A DNA stretch of 64,000 nucleotides from Octopus vulgaris (GCA_951406725.2 OX597828.1:19592001-19656000); one strand, 5' to 3'; positions 26,734-40,060 are shown, numbered from the stretch's first letter. A program made the numbers and translations. The notes: generated by a model from the sequence alone, not told the origin.

Positions 26734-27552
26734 CCTAATCTCCTTACTCATCTTTAGAGGGAACGTCTCTCAAACCTCTTTTATTTATATTTTCAAATAA
26801 CTGTTATAGCATTTAGTTATAGTTAATACTGGACTCAAATATCTTTTTTTTCTCGTAAGTATAAATATGAATCACCTAGATTCTATTCTGCCATTACCTT
26901 TCTCAAGCTATTTGTAAAAATTTTGTTTACACTTAATTAATTTAATTTAATTCAATTCAACTATGAATTTGCATGATTTTATATTTCTGTACGAAACGAT
27001 CGTCTGCTTGATTTAAAATTCTCTTACATATTTTAACATGGGATTTCTTTCCATAAATTCACAACACATGTGAATTTATATTCGCAAATTTACGCCTGTA
27101 AACTACCAGCAAAATATGAAGAATTAATATTAGAAATCTTTTTTTGGAAAATCCAAATTAAAAGACGAATCTAAATTCAACCTTTTTACACCTATATATA
27201 TATATATATATAAAAGCAAAGTTTGGCTAAATTAAAATATGTGTGACATATTTCAACGGCTAAAATGCAAATTCACTGCAGTTAACGTGGAAAATTTTTC
27301 TCTTATGGTAAAAAAGTGTAAAAATACCATATCTGTCCAGTGTCGCTCAGTGTCTGGATTCTCAGGCATCGATGTTTCTAGCTCTTTAGCCGTTATCAAT
27401 AGGAAATATTTAAGAGAGGCAACTCAGGACTCGCACGAGTGGATTATCTGGTATTACTATAGTTATTTTGCTAAGAATCTTTATAGTAACATAATTACAA
27501 TGCAGCATTGAATGCGGTATGCACAGAATCCATAAGATTACGAATTATGTAT

Positions 27553-27602
<50 letters not shown>

Positions 27603-27904
27603 CGAAGTTTATAAGGTAATCGTTTACCCCTCTGCCATTTCTTTCTTATTGCTCTGTACTCGACTAACGCTTCGTCCAGGAGCATACAAATATTGAAAGC
27701 TACACCAGGTTATTAGTATTGCAGTGCCTAAGAGAAACACTCACACACACACATGCATGCATGCGCGCGCGCACACACATATATATTTGTGCATATGTTT
27801 GTGTATATATGTATACGTGTACATATATATTATATATATATATACGTGTATATATTTATATACATATTTGTGCATATGTATGTATAGATATGCATGCATA
27901 TACT

Positions 27905-27960
<56 letters not shown>

Positions 27961-27966
<6 letters not shown>

Positions 27967-28246
27967 CAACTTATGAATAAGGGCAAACGAAAAAATTTCT
28001 AATGCCAAATAAGCCGAAATTAGACACATTGTCCATAACCATTATAATTTTTTCACAATACTTACGAACTAACCCTGAAATCGGTCCGATATGGTAATAA
28101 TGGAATTTTTTAGAAATTTCTGTCGACCTTTTTTGAGTAGCGTGCGTATTGTGAAAAAATTATAATGGTTATGGACAATGTGTCTAATTTCGGCTTATTT
28201 GGCATTAGAAATTTTTTCGTTTGCCCTTATTCATAAGTTGATTATA
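27961..28246. repeat. Perfect 101-bp inverted repeat with 84-bp spacer, abutting (TA)n
   Basis: 27961-28061 is the exact reverse complement of 28146-28246. Confidence 0.92.
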
Positions 28247-29019
28247 AGTTTAACCGTTAAAGGTATTTTTTAATATGTTGGCCATTGATAAAAATTTTTT
28301 TCGAAAAAATATTTTTTCCAACATTAAATTTAAAAAAAAATATATATATATATTTAATTAATTATTAAGGGTGCTAGCAAACAGTACCAGCACGCTGACA
28401 TAGCAGTCAAACTGACTATCACTAAACACAAAGGTGAAATCAGGCAAATAAATATAGACCCTAAGAACCCCATCCTAATAACGAAAAAAAAAATCGAAAA
28501 TTGAAAGCCAGACATACCCGGATCATCTGTGATTTCGAAATCTTAGTTCTCACCACTGAGCATCACTGACTCAGGGTTATAGAATTTATTCATCTCAACC
28601 ATTTTTTAATGTTATTTGCGTAAAATTAGCATTCCGCTACTTAAATTTTCTTGACTGTACGAAAAACTTTGCTTCTAGCAATCCTCATCAAATTGATTTA
28701 AGTATCACCTTAGAGAACATTTTTGTACTGTCGTCTCATGGCTGCTCATCAATGTAGAATTTAGTATACATAGCATAACATTTTCGTTTCTGTGAGATCA
28801 CTCAATTAATTAACAGTGTCAGTTTAAAATTTAGTCAATTTTACAAGATTTATTGTATCGTTTTTGCCTATACATATAGTTGTGTGCATATGTTTTCATT
28901 ATACGAATTGGTATGGCGCTAATTAATCTCACAGAAACGAAAAGGTACGCCCTATATACCACAAGTTACGCCCCACCAGTATTATATTTGTATGCATAAT
29001 CATAATTTGCTTTTTCAAA

Positions 29020-30202
29020 ATCACATGGCGATTCCTCTACCTGTTGATTGTTAATAGCAAAGTTTATATTAATCAGCTAGTTTTTAAAATATCAGGAAAT
29101 ATTGCAAGTACAAATTCAACAATTCGACTTTTCTAGAATTATTCTATTTGCACTACACCATTAATGACAATGACATCGATGTTATTATATTTGAATGTTT
29201 CTCTTTGATAAAATATCTACCCGGACGAAAGAAACAGATTTGTTACCTGTTCGTACGGTGTCCGTATGAGATTTTTCGACATCGCAGAGGAATATGATCT
29301 TGGCTTTTGATTTTTATTCCAGATACACTGAAGAATAACTTCACGGCTATGGAGATTTATATAGAGATTATAAGTTAGTCTATCACAGAATGTCAATGGT
29401 CACATTGTAGTCAAATTTATAAAAAGACTTAACTGGCACCTTAAAAAATTACAACCTTAAGATATCAATAAACACGAGCACAGTTAACGTCTCAGATATT
29501 ACACCCAAATTAAGCGCAGGTAAATATAACACATATATGAGTAATATAGTACACACACACAGAAACACACACACACGCTCAGACACACGAAACCTAACGA
29601 AAAGCTCATATACTTCAACAAAAATTAAATTAAGAATTATTCGTTGGAGAATCTGAAACATTAGCAGCAAAGAATATTCCATTGGACCTTATCCTAATAA
29701 TAAATGGGCATAAGAAAAGATCGATTGCACCCTTAATCCTCTGCCATTCAATAACAACCAAAAAATAGAAAATATCTTTCAAATAATGATTCAAATTTTT
29801 TTCACATTAAACATCAAATCTAACAAAATCATACTTTTTCTAACCGGCCTACTTAAACAGTTCTCGATCAATCACTGTTACTGGGAATTATTTAAAGAAT
29901 ACAACAATTTAAAATTAAATTAAGTGCGTACATCAAACATCAAAAGAGATTCATATCTTCTCAATCAGTTCTGCAATGCCGAAGCAATTATTTACGAGGA
30001 TGAGGTCATCACCACGAAACAAAACCTGGATAGTAAGCGCTATGTCGGAATGAGCGAATGTAAACTCAAATATTGCTATTTCGATTATGCTTCTCCACTC
30101 GGAGATAAAAGCAAGAGAAAATTACGACTAAACTATGTAGTTATCTTTAAGTATAGAAAAAAATGTGGAATGAATTCAGCATCCATTAGAAAAAAAAATT
30201 GA
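29020..30202 (+). pseudogene. Decayed Penelope-like element (RT plus GIY-YIG endonuclease)
   Basis: Relic motifs in order: QFDF (~29120), YGVRMRFFDIAEEYDLG (cf. FDVxMGSFDGAE), DLYRDYKL (cf. GLYRDDGL), VNVSDITPKLSAGKY (cf. VNFLD), and ORF 29924-30202 CNAEAIIY...KRYVGMSE (GIY-YIG-like). Confidence 0.72.
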
Positions 30203-30250
30203 ATGATGCACGCCACAGATAACTGAAATGAACTGAAATCAGTAGCTTCC

Positions 30251-30657
30251 TTTTACTCTTTTACTCTGTTACTTGTTTCAGTCATCTGACTGCGGCCATG
30301 CTGGAGCACTGCCTTTAATCGAGCAACTCAACTCCGGGACTTATTCTTTTGTAAGCCCAGTACTTATTCTATCGGTCTCTTTTGCCGAACCGCTAAGTAA
30401 CGGAGACATAAACACACCAGCATCGGTTGTCAAGCAATGCTAGGGGGACAAACACAGACACACAAACACACACACGCATATATATATACACATATATACG
30501 ACGGACTTCTTTCAGTTTCCGTCTACCAAATCCACTCACAAGGCTTTGGTCGGCCCGAGGCTATAGTAGAAGACACTTGCCCAAGGTGTCACGCAGTGGG
30601 ACTGAACCCGGAACCATGTGGTTGGTAAACAAGCTACTTACCACACAGCCACTCCTG
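30251..30657 (-). mobile_element. SINE family A, full length
   Basis: Complete reverse-complement match to 25404-25816. Confidence 0.93.
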
Positions 30658-31050
30658 ATTTCGAAAAATTATTTTATAGTAGGAAATTTTTAAAAACAAG
30701 AAGACTATTTAAACGTCTGCTCTTCAGATCTGTGTTTTACAATGAATGAATACATTTTCAGAAATCCCTTTTAGTAAACTAGAAAAATACTAATTAATGG
30801 AAATACGTTGCATCAATATGCATTATGAAAACGCAAACATACATTTATACTTGGAAATAATTTATTAAATCTTGAAATTGATAAACTTAAATATCTAATC
30901 TGAGTGGATTAACTAACAAACTGAAAGGAAATGTTATGCTTCCGTATTCTATATTCTCCGCATTTGTGAAAATGGTAACTAAGATTAGAAAACCGTTTTC
31001 CTCCATTTAAGTGTTTGTTATTGTTATAGCAAAATATTTACAAAAGGCAC

Positions 31051-31317
31051 CATACATACATACATACATACATACATACATACATACATACATACATACA
31101 TACATACATACATACATACATACATACATACATACATACATACATACATACATACATACATACATACATACATACATACATACATACATACATGCATGTA
31201 TGTATGTATGTATGTATGTATGTATGTATGTATGTATGTATGTATGTATGTATGTATGTATGTATGTATGTATGTATGTATGTATGTATGTATGTATGTA
31301 TGTATGTATGTATGTAT
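31051..31317. repeat. Palindromic microsatellite (CATA)n-(TATG)n
   Basis: Repeat polarity flips at atgcat 31192-31197. Confidence 0.9.
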
Positions 31318-31336
31318 CTATCTATCTATCTATCTA

Positions 31337-31368
<32 letters not shown>

Positions 31369-31386
31369 CATATATATATATACATA

Positions 31387-32621
31387 CAAGGGTTGGACAA
31401 AATAATGGAAACACCTAGCATCATAGCATCATAATTTTGAAATATCCCCCAAACCGCTAAAAGCTTGTTTATTTTTATGTTTTTTATTTATTTATTATTA
31501 GTGTTGCTTAATATGTTTTGCTAAAATTGTTGTTTCTTTTCAGATATCATAAAAAAAGAAAAAGTAATTAAAATTCATTACAATGACAGATCTATCGGAC
31601 TTTCAAAGAGGCCAAATTGTTGGTGTTCGTATGGGAGGCACTAGAGTAACGAAAATAACCGAAATATTTAGTGTATCAAGAAGTACTGTTTCGAAAGTAA
31701 TAACAGTCTTTGAGAAAGAGGGAAAAACTTCTTTGTCGAAACAAACTCCGGAAGAAAACTAAAACTTTTAGAAAGGGACAGTCGGATTCTTACACGAATT
31801 GTTAGAAAGGATCAAAAAAGTACACCTCCCAAAATTACTGCAGAGCTTAACGACCACCTCAAGAACCCGGTTTCCACAAAAACTGTTCGCCGGGAGCAGC
31901 ACGAAGCTGGATTTCACGAGAGGACTTCAATCAGAAAATCACTACTTTTAAAAACAAACGTTGCTAAGCGTTTGGAGTGGAGTAAAAACCAATGTAATTG
32001 ATCCCTAGAGCAGTGGAAGAATGTTATTTACTCGGACGAGTCATCCTTTACCGGCCGAGTATACGTGTGGAGACAGCCAACCGAAGCATTTGACCCAGGC
32101 TGCCTTCTTCCAACTGTTAAACGTGGAGGAGGATCTGTGATGATCTGGGGGGGGGGGGTATATTTTGGAAATCCGCCGGCCTAATAGTTTCCCTTCATGG
32201 CAGAATTAATAGCCAAGACTATTTAAGCATTTTATCTGATCAAATTCATCCTATGGCTGCGGAACTGTTTCCGATGGGAAATGCAATCTTTCAATTCACA
32301 CAGCTAAAGTTGTTACTGAATGGCACGAGTAACATTCTAGTAAAGTTGAACATCTTATCTGGCCACCACAGTCTCCAGATCTCAATATTATTGAACATTT
32401 ATGGTGCATTTTAAAGAAACAAGTAAGGAGTCGATATCTTCCACCATCATCACTGCAAGAATTAGAGACTGTTTTAGCTGAAGAATGGACAAAAATTCCT
32501 TTGGAAACGATTCAAACTTTGTACGAATCCACACCTCGTAGAATTCAAGTTAATATGGTCCTACCCCATATTAAAATAAATTTGTTTGAAATTTCAAGGT
32601 GTTCGCATTATTTTGTTTAAC

Positions 32622-32626
<5 letters not shown>
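31387..32626 (+). mobile_element. Tc1-like DNA transposon, near full length, decayed
   Basis: Imperfect 30-bp TIRs caagggttggacaaaataatggaaacacct / aggtgttcgcattattttgtttaaccccta, TA flanks. Confidence 0.92.
31583..32574 (+). pseudogene. Tc1 (DD34E-type) transposase pseudogene
   Basis: MTDLSDFQRGQIVG...VSRSTVSKV (HTH), VIYSDES, TVKRGGGSVMIWG, WPPQSPDLNIIEHLW, GPTPY*; several frameshifts and stops. Confidence 0.9.
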
Positions 32627-32692
<66 letters not shown>

Positions 32693-32695
<3 letters not shown>

Positions 32696-32929
32696 CGGGA
32701 AGCTTTATGAAAATAGACAAAAGACGAAGGCAGGTTTACGGAAATAAACGAAAGACGAAGGCAGGTGGAATACAAACAAACAATTGTATTAGTATGGCGC
32801 TCAGGAAATATAAATAAAACAAGTCTTTAACGTTTCGAGCCTACGCTCTTCAACAGAAAGATACACAGAGAAGAAACACAGAAAGAAGGAGAGAAAAAAA
32901 TGCGTGCAGAGGCTAGATATATATATTTA

Positions 32930-32986
<57 letters not shown>

Positions 32987-33106
32987 TATATATCTAGCCT
33001 CTGCACGCATTTTTTCTTCTCTGTGTATCTTTCTGTTGAAGAGCGTAGGCTCGAAACGTTAAAGACTTGTTTTATTTATATTTCCTGAGCGCCATACTAA
33101 TACAAT
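32693..33106. mobile_element. Fold-back non-autonomous element with hammerhead-like motifs on both arms, in (TA)n
   Basis: 32783-32916 is inverted at about 32994-33106 around a (TA)n spacer, with one indel of about 19 bp. Confidence 0.8.
33028..33065 (+). ncRNA. Minimal type I hammerhead-like motif with variant core (CUGUUGA)
   Basis: tcttt-CTGTTGAA-gagc-gtag-gctc-GAAAC-GTT-aaaga: stems I and II pair perfectly; mirrored on the - strand at 32824-32861. Confidence 0.6.
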
Positions 33107-33445
33107 ATATATATATATATGTATGTATATATGTATGTATATATGTATATGCATATGTCTGTCTGAGTGTATAAAGGGAGAAAAAGAGAGTGGGAGAGAG
33201 CAAGAGGAGAAGAGAAACAATAACGTTATGTGAGTACGAATAAGGAAAGCGAGTGATCGGAGCGAAACGGAACAAAAATAACTGAAAATGAAAAGGAATA
33301 AATGCAAGCCGAAAACCGAGTAGGGTTTCTAATATTAACACCAAGAATTGCTTAAAAGGAATAAAAGAAACCCCCGTCACTTTTAACGGCTTTCTCCCTC
33401 CCACTTCTCTCTGTAAATATACATACATACATCCATATCTGTCTG

Positions 33446-33580
<135 letters not shown>

Positions 33581-33626
33581 GTCTGTCTGTCTGTCTGTCT
33601 ATCTACCTACCTACCTACCTACCTAC

Positions 33627-33680
<54 letters not shown>

Positions 33681-34155
33681 ATCTATCTATCTATCTATGT
33701 ATACATACATACATACATAAATACACACGTATATACACACGTATATAAGCACAAAAATGTGTATGCGGTGTGGGTGTCTTTATATATATATGTATGAATA
33801 TATATGTGTATAAATGATGCTTTTATTTTTGGTCATATAATGGAAATCTTTTCTTTCAATTTCCATGGAAATGTAAAATATAAAAATTTAAAAAATGTAA
33901 AATAAAATTATAAATATATATACATACAAAATATATAAATGAACATTCCTTTTACATATACGGATAGATACACACACACACATATGCATGCACACACACA
34001 CACGCATGCACACACGTATCTATATATAAACATGCATACAGAAAACCATTAGTGAATTTACGTTTGTTTTTGCAGTTATTGTTGCCGTTTTGCAATAGAG
34101 AAAACTCGATTTCGACAGGAACAAGGACGTACAGACGCGTGCACATACAAATACA

Positions 34156-34267
<112 letters not shown>

Positions 34268-34320
34268 AACACACACACAAACACAGACACAGACGCAGAC
34301 ACATACACACACGCACACAC

Positions 34321-34357
<37 letters not shown>

Positions 34358-34649
34358 CACACGCGCGTGCATACACACAGATGCTCTTTCTCATTCTCAG
34401 ACTCACATTCGTACACTGCAACTCCTTTTACCACCCGTACTTTCACTTTCTGCATTCCCACCTCTCTTATTCTCATGCATCTATAGGGATATTTACATGC
34501 ATGCTTACGTTTACATAAGCACAGCTTTACTTTCTCTCTCTTTCCCTCACTTTCTCTTCCCCAAGTTTTCTCTCTCTCTCTCACGCACTCATGTAGACAT
34601 ATATACATGCACACATAGGGAATCAATGCACACACACACGCACTCTCAT

Positions 34650-35096
34650 TTCCTCCATCACTCGCTCAACCACTCACTCACATTTTTACGTACTCGACCA
34701 CTACAAACTCTCTCACTCAGGCACTTACTCTCTCACTCGCTCGCTCACTCACTCACTCACACTCACTCACTCAGTCAGTCAGTCAGTCAGTCAGTCACTC
34801 ACTCACTCACTCACTCACTAATTCATTCACTCACTCACTCACTCACTTACTCACTCACTCACTAATTCACTCACGCACTTTCACACATTCACTCACTCAC
34901 TCACTCACTCACTCACTCACTCACTCGCTTACCCACTCTCTCACTCACTCACTCACTCACTCACTCACTCACTCACTCATTCACTCACGCACTTTCACAC
35001 ATTTACTCACTCACTCACTCACTGACTCACTGACTTACTCACTCACTCGCTTACCCACTCTCTCACTCACTCGCCACTCACTCACCCACTCACTCA
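34650..35096. repeat. (ACTC)n microsatellite with an internal duplication
   Basis: cacgcactttcacacat...actcgcttacccactctctc occurs twice. Confidence 0.85.
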
Positions 35097-35442
35097 TGCT
35101 ACATGCACGCACACATAAGTTCTGTCTTTCTGTTACGCACACACATTCATCGCAAGTCCTCCTCGGAAACATTTCACTTCATTCAATTACTTACGCAGAC
35201 ACATACACATACATATATACACTCACACACAAACATACATACATACATACATACATACATACATACATACATACATACATACATGCATGCATGCATGCAT
35301 GCATACATACATACATACATACCACATACATATATACACTTAGAGAAACGCGGCTGTATAACGGAAAAAGAAGAGAAAACTCAAGCAAATAAAAAAGATT
35401 TCATTTGGTTCTGATAAAATGGTGTTATTGAAGAGGTTAACA

Positions 35443-35503
<61 letters not shown>

Positions 35504-35534
35504 AATGTATGTATAAGTGCATGTATTTGTATGA

Positions 35535-35571
<37 letters not shown>

Positions 35572-35731
35572 TATATACACACATTAGATATTATAAACAC
35601 ATACACACACATACATAATCAAATATATTTGATATAAATACAGAATATTTTTTCTTAGCCATTTTCATGCGAAGGAAAATAAACAAAGAAAAAAAAATGA
35701 CACGAAATAAAACACATATACACTCACAGTA

Positions 35732-35859
<128 letters not shown>

Positions 35860-36008
35860 CAAGGAAAGAAAAGAAGAACTAGCAACAGGAATTAATGGAA
35901 TAAATTCTTTGACATATGAAACGAAATATATCGATAGAATAGTGAGGAGTGTTGTAATAATGGGTGGAGGATCGTGTCGTATTTATTGATACAACATGAA
36001 AGACAGAG

Positions 36009-36064
<56 letters not shown>

Positions 36065-36350
36065 AGGAGAGAGAGAAAGAGAGAGAGAGGGTATGGTTGA
36101 AACCTACCATCACACAAAACAATAACACGAACTTATATGTATATTTATAGTACATTCATTCATCGTGCAGTTTGTGTTTTCTTATCGTCTGCATTCACTC
36201 AGTGTTACTTCATTTATTCAATATTATCTTGTAATGCAGTGGAATCTCTGGCTTGTTCGGGTGAAAGTGTTTGTATGCATGCTTGCATGTATATAAGTAT
36301 GTATATATGTTTTTTTGCATGTATGCACGTGTCTGTGTGTGTGTATTTTA

Positions 36351-36446
36351 TAGTTTTATCCTTAGATTTCTTTTCAATAGAGAAAGAACCGGTTTCTCAC
36401 TTAGATCCAAGTTCCCTTCGTAGCGACTTCAACAACAGTAACAAGG
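36351..36446 (-). repeat. Second copy of the short repeat at 26386-26488
   Basis: Reverse-complement alignment to 26386-26488. Confidence 0.6.
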
Positions 36447-36684
36447 TAGTTATGTATATATGTGTGTGTATATGTGCAAGTATTTGGAGCTGATGCATGT
36501 GCAGATTTGTATGTTCTGTTTCATGCATGTATTTTCATACATATATTTGCACCTCTAGACAGGTCAAAAGTTCAGCGTTTGTTTCTTTCTTATTCGCTCC
36601 TCTTTAGCATTATGTTGACATCAGCCGGGCAATATATGTCTGAATGTATGTATGAATGAAATGTTTGCATGTATAAGTATGTAT

Positions 36685-36780
36685 ACTCTCTTTTTACTCG
36701 TTTATTCTTTTAATTGCTTCAGCATTTGACTGTGGCCATGCTGTACCACCACCTTTAGTCGAGCAAGTCGACCCCCAGGA
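36685..36780 (-). mobile_element. SINE family A, tail fragment
   Basis: gactgtggccatgctgtaccaccacctttagtcgagcaagtcgacccccagga. Confidence 0.7.
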
Positions 36781-36789
36781 TTTTGAAAG

Positions 36790-37150
36790 ATATGTCTGAC
36801 ATCGGCAAAGCAGTTGACTCTGTAACTGGTCATAACCTTTTCTTTGTTGCTTTAAATGACTAAATCAGGTCTGTCGTGTTTGCAATTAGCAGCAGATTTA
36901 ATGACAGTGTTTCATAAATTGTCTGTATGTTGAATCGATCTCTGTATTTGATAGCGTAGCAGTCTTTCCTACAATGATGTCGTTGCATATTGCTTTGTAA
37001 CAATAAGTACTGCTTTAGTAGGTAATACTTTGATGACAATGTGGGGCGGCATTTGCTTATCGTACGTGTAATATATTCCATAGAAATATGGCAGTCGTAA
37101 TTTTCCATCGCAGTTTGGGACGTTAAGATCTTCAGTGTCTCTTTTGCTCT
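36790..37150 (-). mobile_element. Decayed RLE non-LTR retrotransposon C-terminal fragment
   Basis: Reverse complement gives EYITRTISKCRPTLSSKYYL (zinc-knuckle-like) and CKHDRPDLVI (RLE PD motif). Confidence 0.5.
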
Positions 37151-37434
37151 ATAGGTATTTGGTAATTATCTTTCTCTTGGACAGCAAATAGATAACCTAA
37201 AGAGAGGACACGACAGAAAGGATGCGAATCGAAGACAGGTTATACTGCTTGTCAATGTTAGCCATATCTTTATATTCACAGGAAGCACCATTGCATGGCC
37301 TTTTATTTTAAAAAATTTTTCTTGCAGGCCTGTGCTAAAGTACGCTCATATTCAGCAAGTTCACCGTCATAAATTCAACGTTTATTTTCAATAAAGTAGT
37401 TTTTAACTATTAATGATGAAATACTGTGGATATA

Positions 37435-37552
37435 GTTTCTTGGTAAACTTTCATCGCGGTGAACTTTCCTAACGGTGAACTTCCTTCACGGTGAATTGAT
37501 AGTGCTGAACTTTCCCTGTAGTGAATTGATGGCAGTGAACTTACCTGTAATC
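37435..37552. repeat. Short tandem array of 14-16 bp units (ggtgaact...), probable MITE
   Basis: Seven units starting ggtaaactt/ggtgaactt/agtgaatt; weak terminal inversion tggtaa...ttacc. Confidence 0.6.
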
Positions 37553-37995
37553 AAGTACGCTAGTCCATTAATTCTGGGATACACTCGCAACATCTAAGAT
37601 GCTACTTTATTTATTATAAGTCCAGGATCAATGTCTTTAATTCCCCCGATGTTTTTCAGTTGAACTTGTCTCATTACTACCACACGATACCTAAAGCCTG
37701 TACGGAGACATCTTAAGCCCCTAATCATGTTTTGTTTCTGAGATGGGACTTGTCAATAGAAATGTTTCAGTGGAAGTTTCCAGATAATGCCAGGTGTCAA
37801 ATACACATGGAGAATGTCAAAGGGCACGACGACCATAGCGTTGTCACGATGCCAATCAAAATGTGGACCCTAGTTCAGGTATATCAGTGCATAAACGTTT
37901 CCTTCTGTCTTCCACAATTAGAAAACATTTCAGCTCTTTCGAAATATGTCTTGAGTTCAAGAGATAAAATAAAGTGTACCAGTACTGTATGGGTT

Positions 37996-38050
<55 letters not shown>

Positions 38051-38180
38051 CACTTGACTTTGTAAATGAATAATCTGGTGTGTTTATTTTAATGGCCTAC
38101 CAATGTATACAGTGAGTTTCTTTGCCCTAGGTGTTTGGAAGACACTGGGCAAGAAACGGAAACAAAATTGCAAGAAGAGG

Positions 38181-38260
<80 letters not shown>

Positions 38261-38318
38261 CAGAAGAAGAAGAAGAAGAAGAAGAAGAAGAAGAAGAAGA
38301 AGAAGAAAAAGAAGAAAG
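38181..38318. repeat. (AAT)n(AAG)n compound microsatellite
   Basis: Read directly from the sequence. Confidence 0.9.
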
Positions 38319-39178
38319 CAACAAAACTTAATAATGGATCCAAACATTGCAACTTGCGTCTTGGTCAGAAGAATTACTTTGTACAGTACCCTCTATGAAT
38401 CTTTAGCGAAAGAAACGTAATGTATTCGACCTGCTAACACGATTACAAACATACACGAGTACATATAATTACATATATAGGCTTACACTCATGTGCACGT
38501 ATTTACGCAGATATATATCAAGGAAGTATCCAGATACATTAATTTTAATTGAGTGATTTAGGGAATAAATTTTAATTGAGCGGTTAGGGAATTATTTTGA
38601 CACAAACACTGAACCTTTCTAGCTTGAAGTTTTCATTTTTGGTAATCACGTGTAACTCGACATTTCGCTGGGAAAGTCAAAGAATATTCAACCATCTCAG
38701 TAGTTATTAACGTAGTGACAAGACATGATTTTGTAACCACTGCTTGTCGTACTTTAATCTTTAATCATATTACATTTCGGAATTCTCACCGTTGCATTCC
38801 TTGACAACAATTGCCATTAATATTCTTATAATCAATTATAATTTACTCCTCATTACTGGGAACCATCTACTTCTGTGTGCTTAGAGAATACTTTCTCTTC
38901 TTTGCTTACCTCAACATATACAAATGTAATTGGTAGAACTATATACATGTTCAATCTCATACGGACGTCTCGTGTATAGTTCTAAACATTATATTTTGCT
39001 ATGACGATCACACTGACGAGTTGCGGGCATCTACGTAAGTGATTACGTAAGTGGTAACAACGAAACCGGGTTTCCGATAAATTTGTATATTTTGTATCTT
39101 TTCATTTGTCTTGCTCGCTTACGTTCTGGCGTTGGCTAAATTTCATTGAGAACATTCCTTTCTTAGTGTGTGTGCGCG

Positions 39179-39240
<62 letters not shown>

Positions 39241-39323
39241 TGTATATGTTAATGCAATTGAAACAGTTGTTGGATTTTTAAGGTGTGATCTAAAATAAAG
39301 ATATAATTTTTTTCGTACATATT

Positions 39324-39713
39324 GGGATATGGAAGCACTCCGTCGGTTACGACGACGAGGGTTCCGGTTGATCCGAATCAACGGAACAGCCTGCTCGTGA
39401 AATTATCGTTTAAGTGGCTGAGCACTCCACAGACACGTGTACCCTTAACGTAGTTCTCGGGGATATTCAGCGTGACACAGAGAGTGACAAGGCCGGCCCT
39501 TTGAAATACAGGCACAACAGAAACAGGAAGTAAGAGTGAGAGAAAGTTGTGGTGAAAGAGTACAGCAGGGATCACCACCACCCCCTGCCGGAGCCTCGTG
39601 GAACTTTTAGGTGTTTTCGATCAATAAACACTCACAACGCCCGGTTTGGGAATCGAAACCGCGATCCTATGACCGCGAGTCCGCTGCCCTAACCACTGGG
39701 CCATTGCGCCTCC
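39324..39713 (-). mobile_element. tRNA-derived SINE with family-C tail and an alternative head; 11-bp TSD
   Basis: Reverse-complement head ggaggcgcaatggcccagtggttagggcagcgg; tail shared with 25030-25210; TSD tcgtacatatt at 39313-39323 and 39714-39724. Confidence 0.9.
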
Positions 39714-39911
39714 TCGTACATATTATTGATTGTTGTTAATACACCGAATTTCTTAAAATTCTGCAAAAGGATTGTGGGATTTACTTGTCATACATGAGGA
39801 TTGATTTACCTATGACTCGTACTCTACATGCATTTACTGGTATCAACTTGTTGGGAATTTAACCTTATTCCTTTATACTAAGTGCTTACTACCAGGATTT
39901 TTAAATCTCAT

Positions 39912-39983
39912 TTCTTCTTCTTCTTCTTCTTCTTCTTCTTCTTCTTCTTCTTCTTCTTCTTCTTCTTCTTCTTCTTCTTCTTC

Positions 39984-40019
<36 letters not shown>

Positions 40020-40060
40020 GTCATCTTCTTCTTCTTCTTCTTCTTCTTCTTCTTCTTCTT

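Noticed and set aside
34060-34140. Possible small exon after tttttgcag
   Set aside because: Weak donor, unrecognisable peptide and no partner exons
37435-37552. Mini-CRISPR array
   Set aside because: Repeats and intervening parts are far too short (14-16 bp period)
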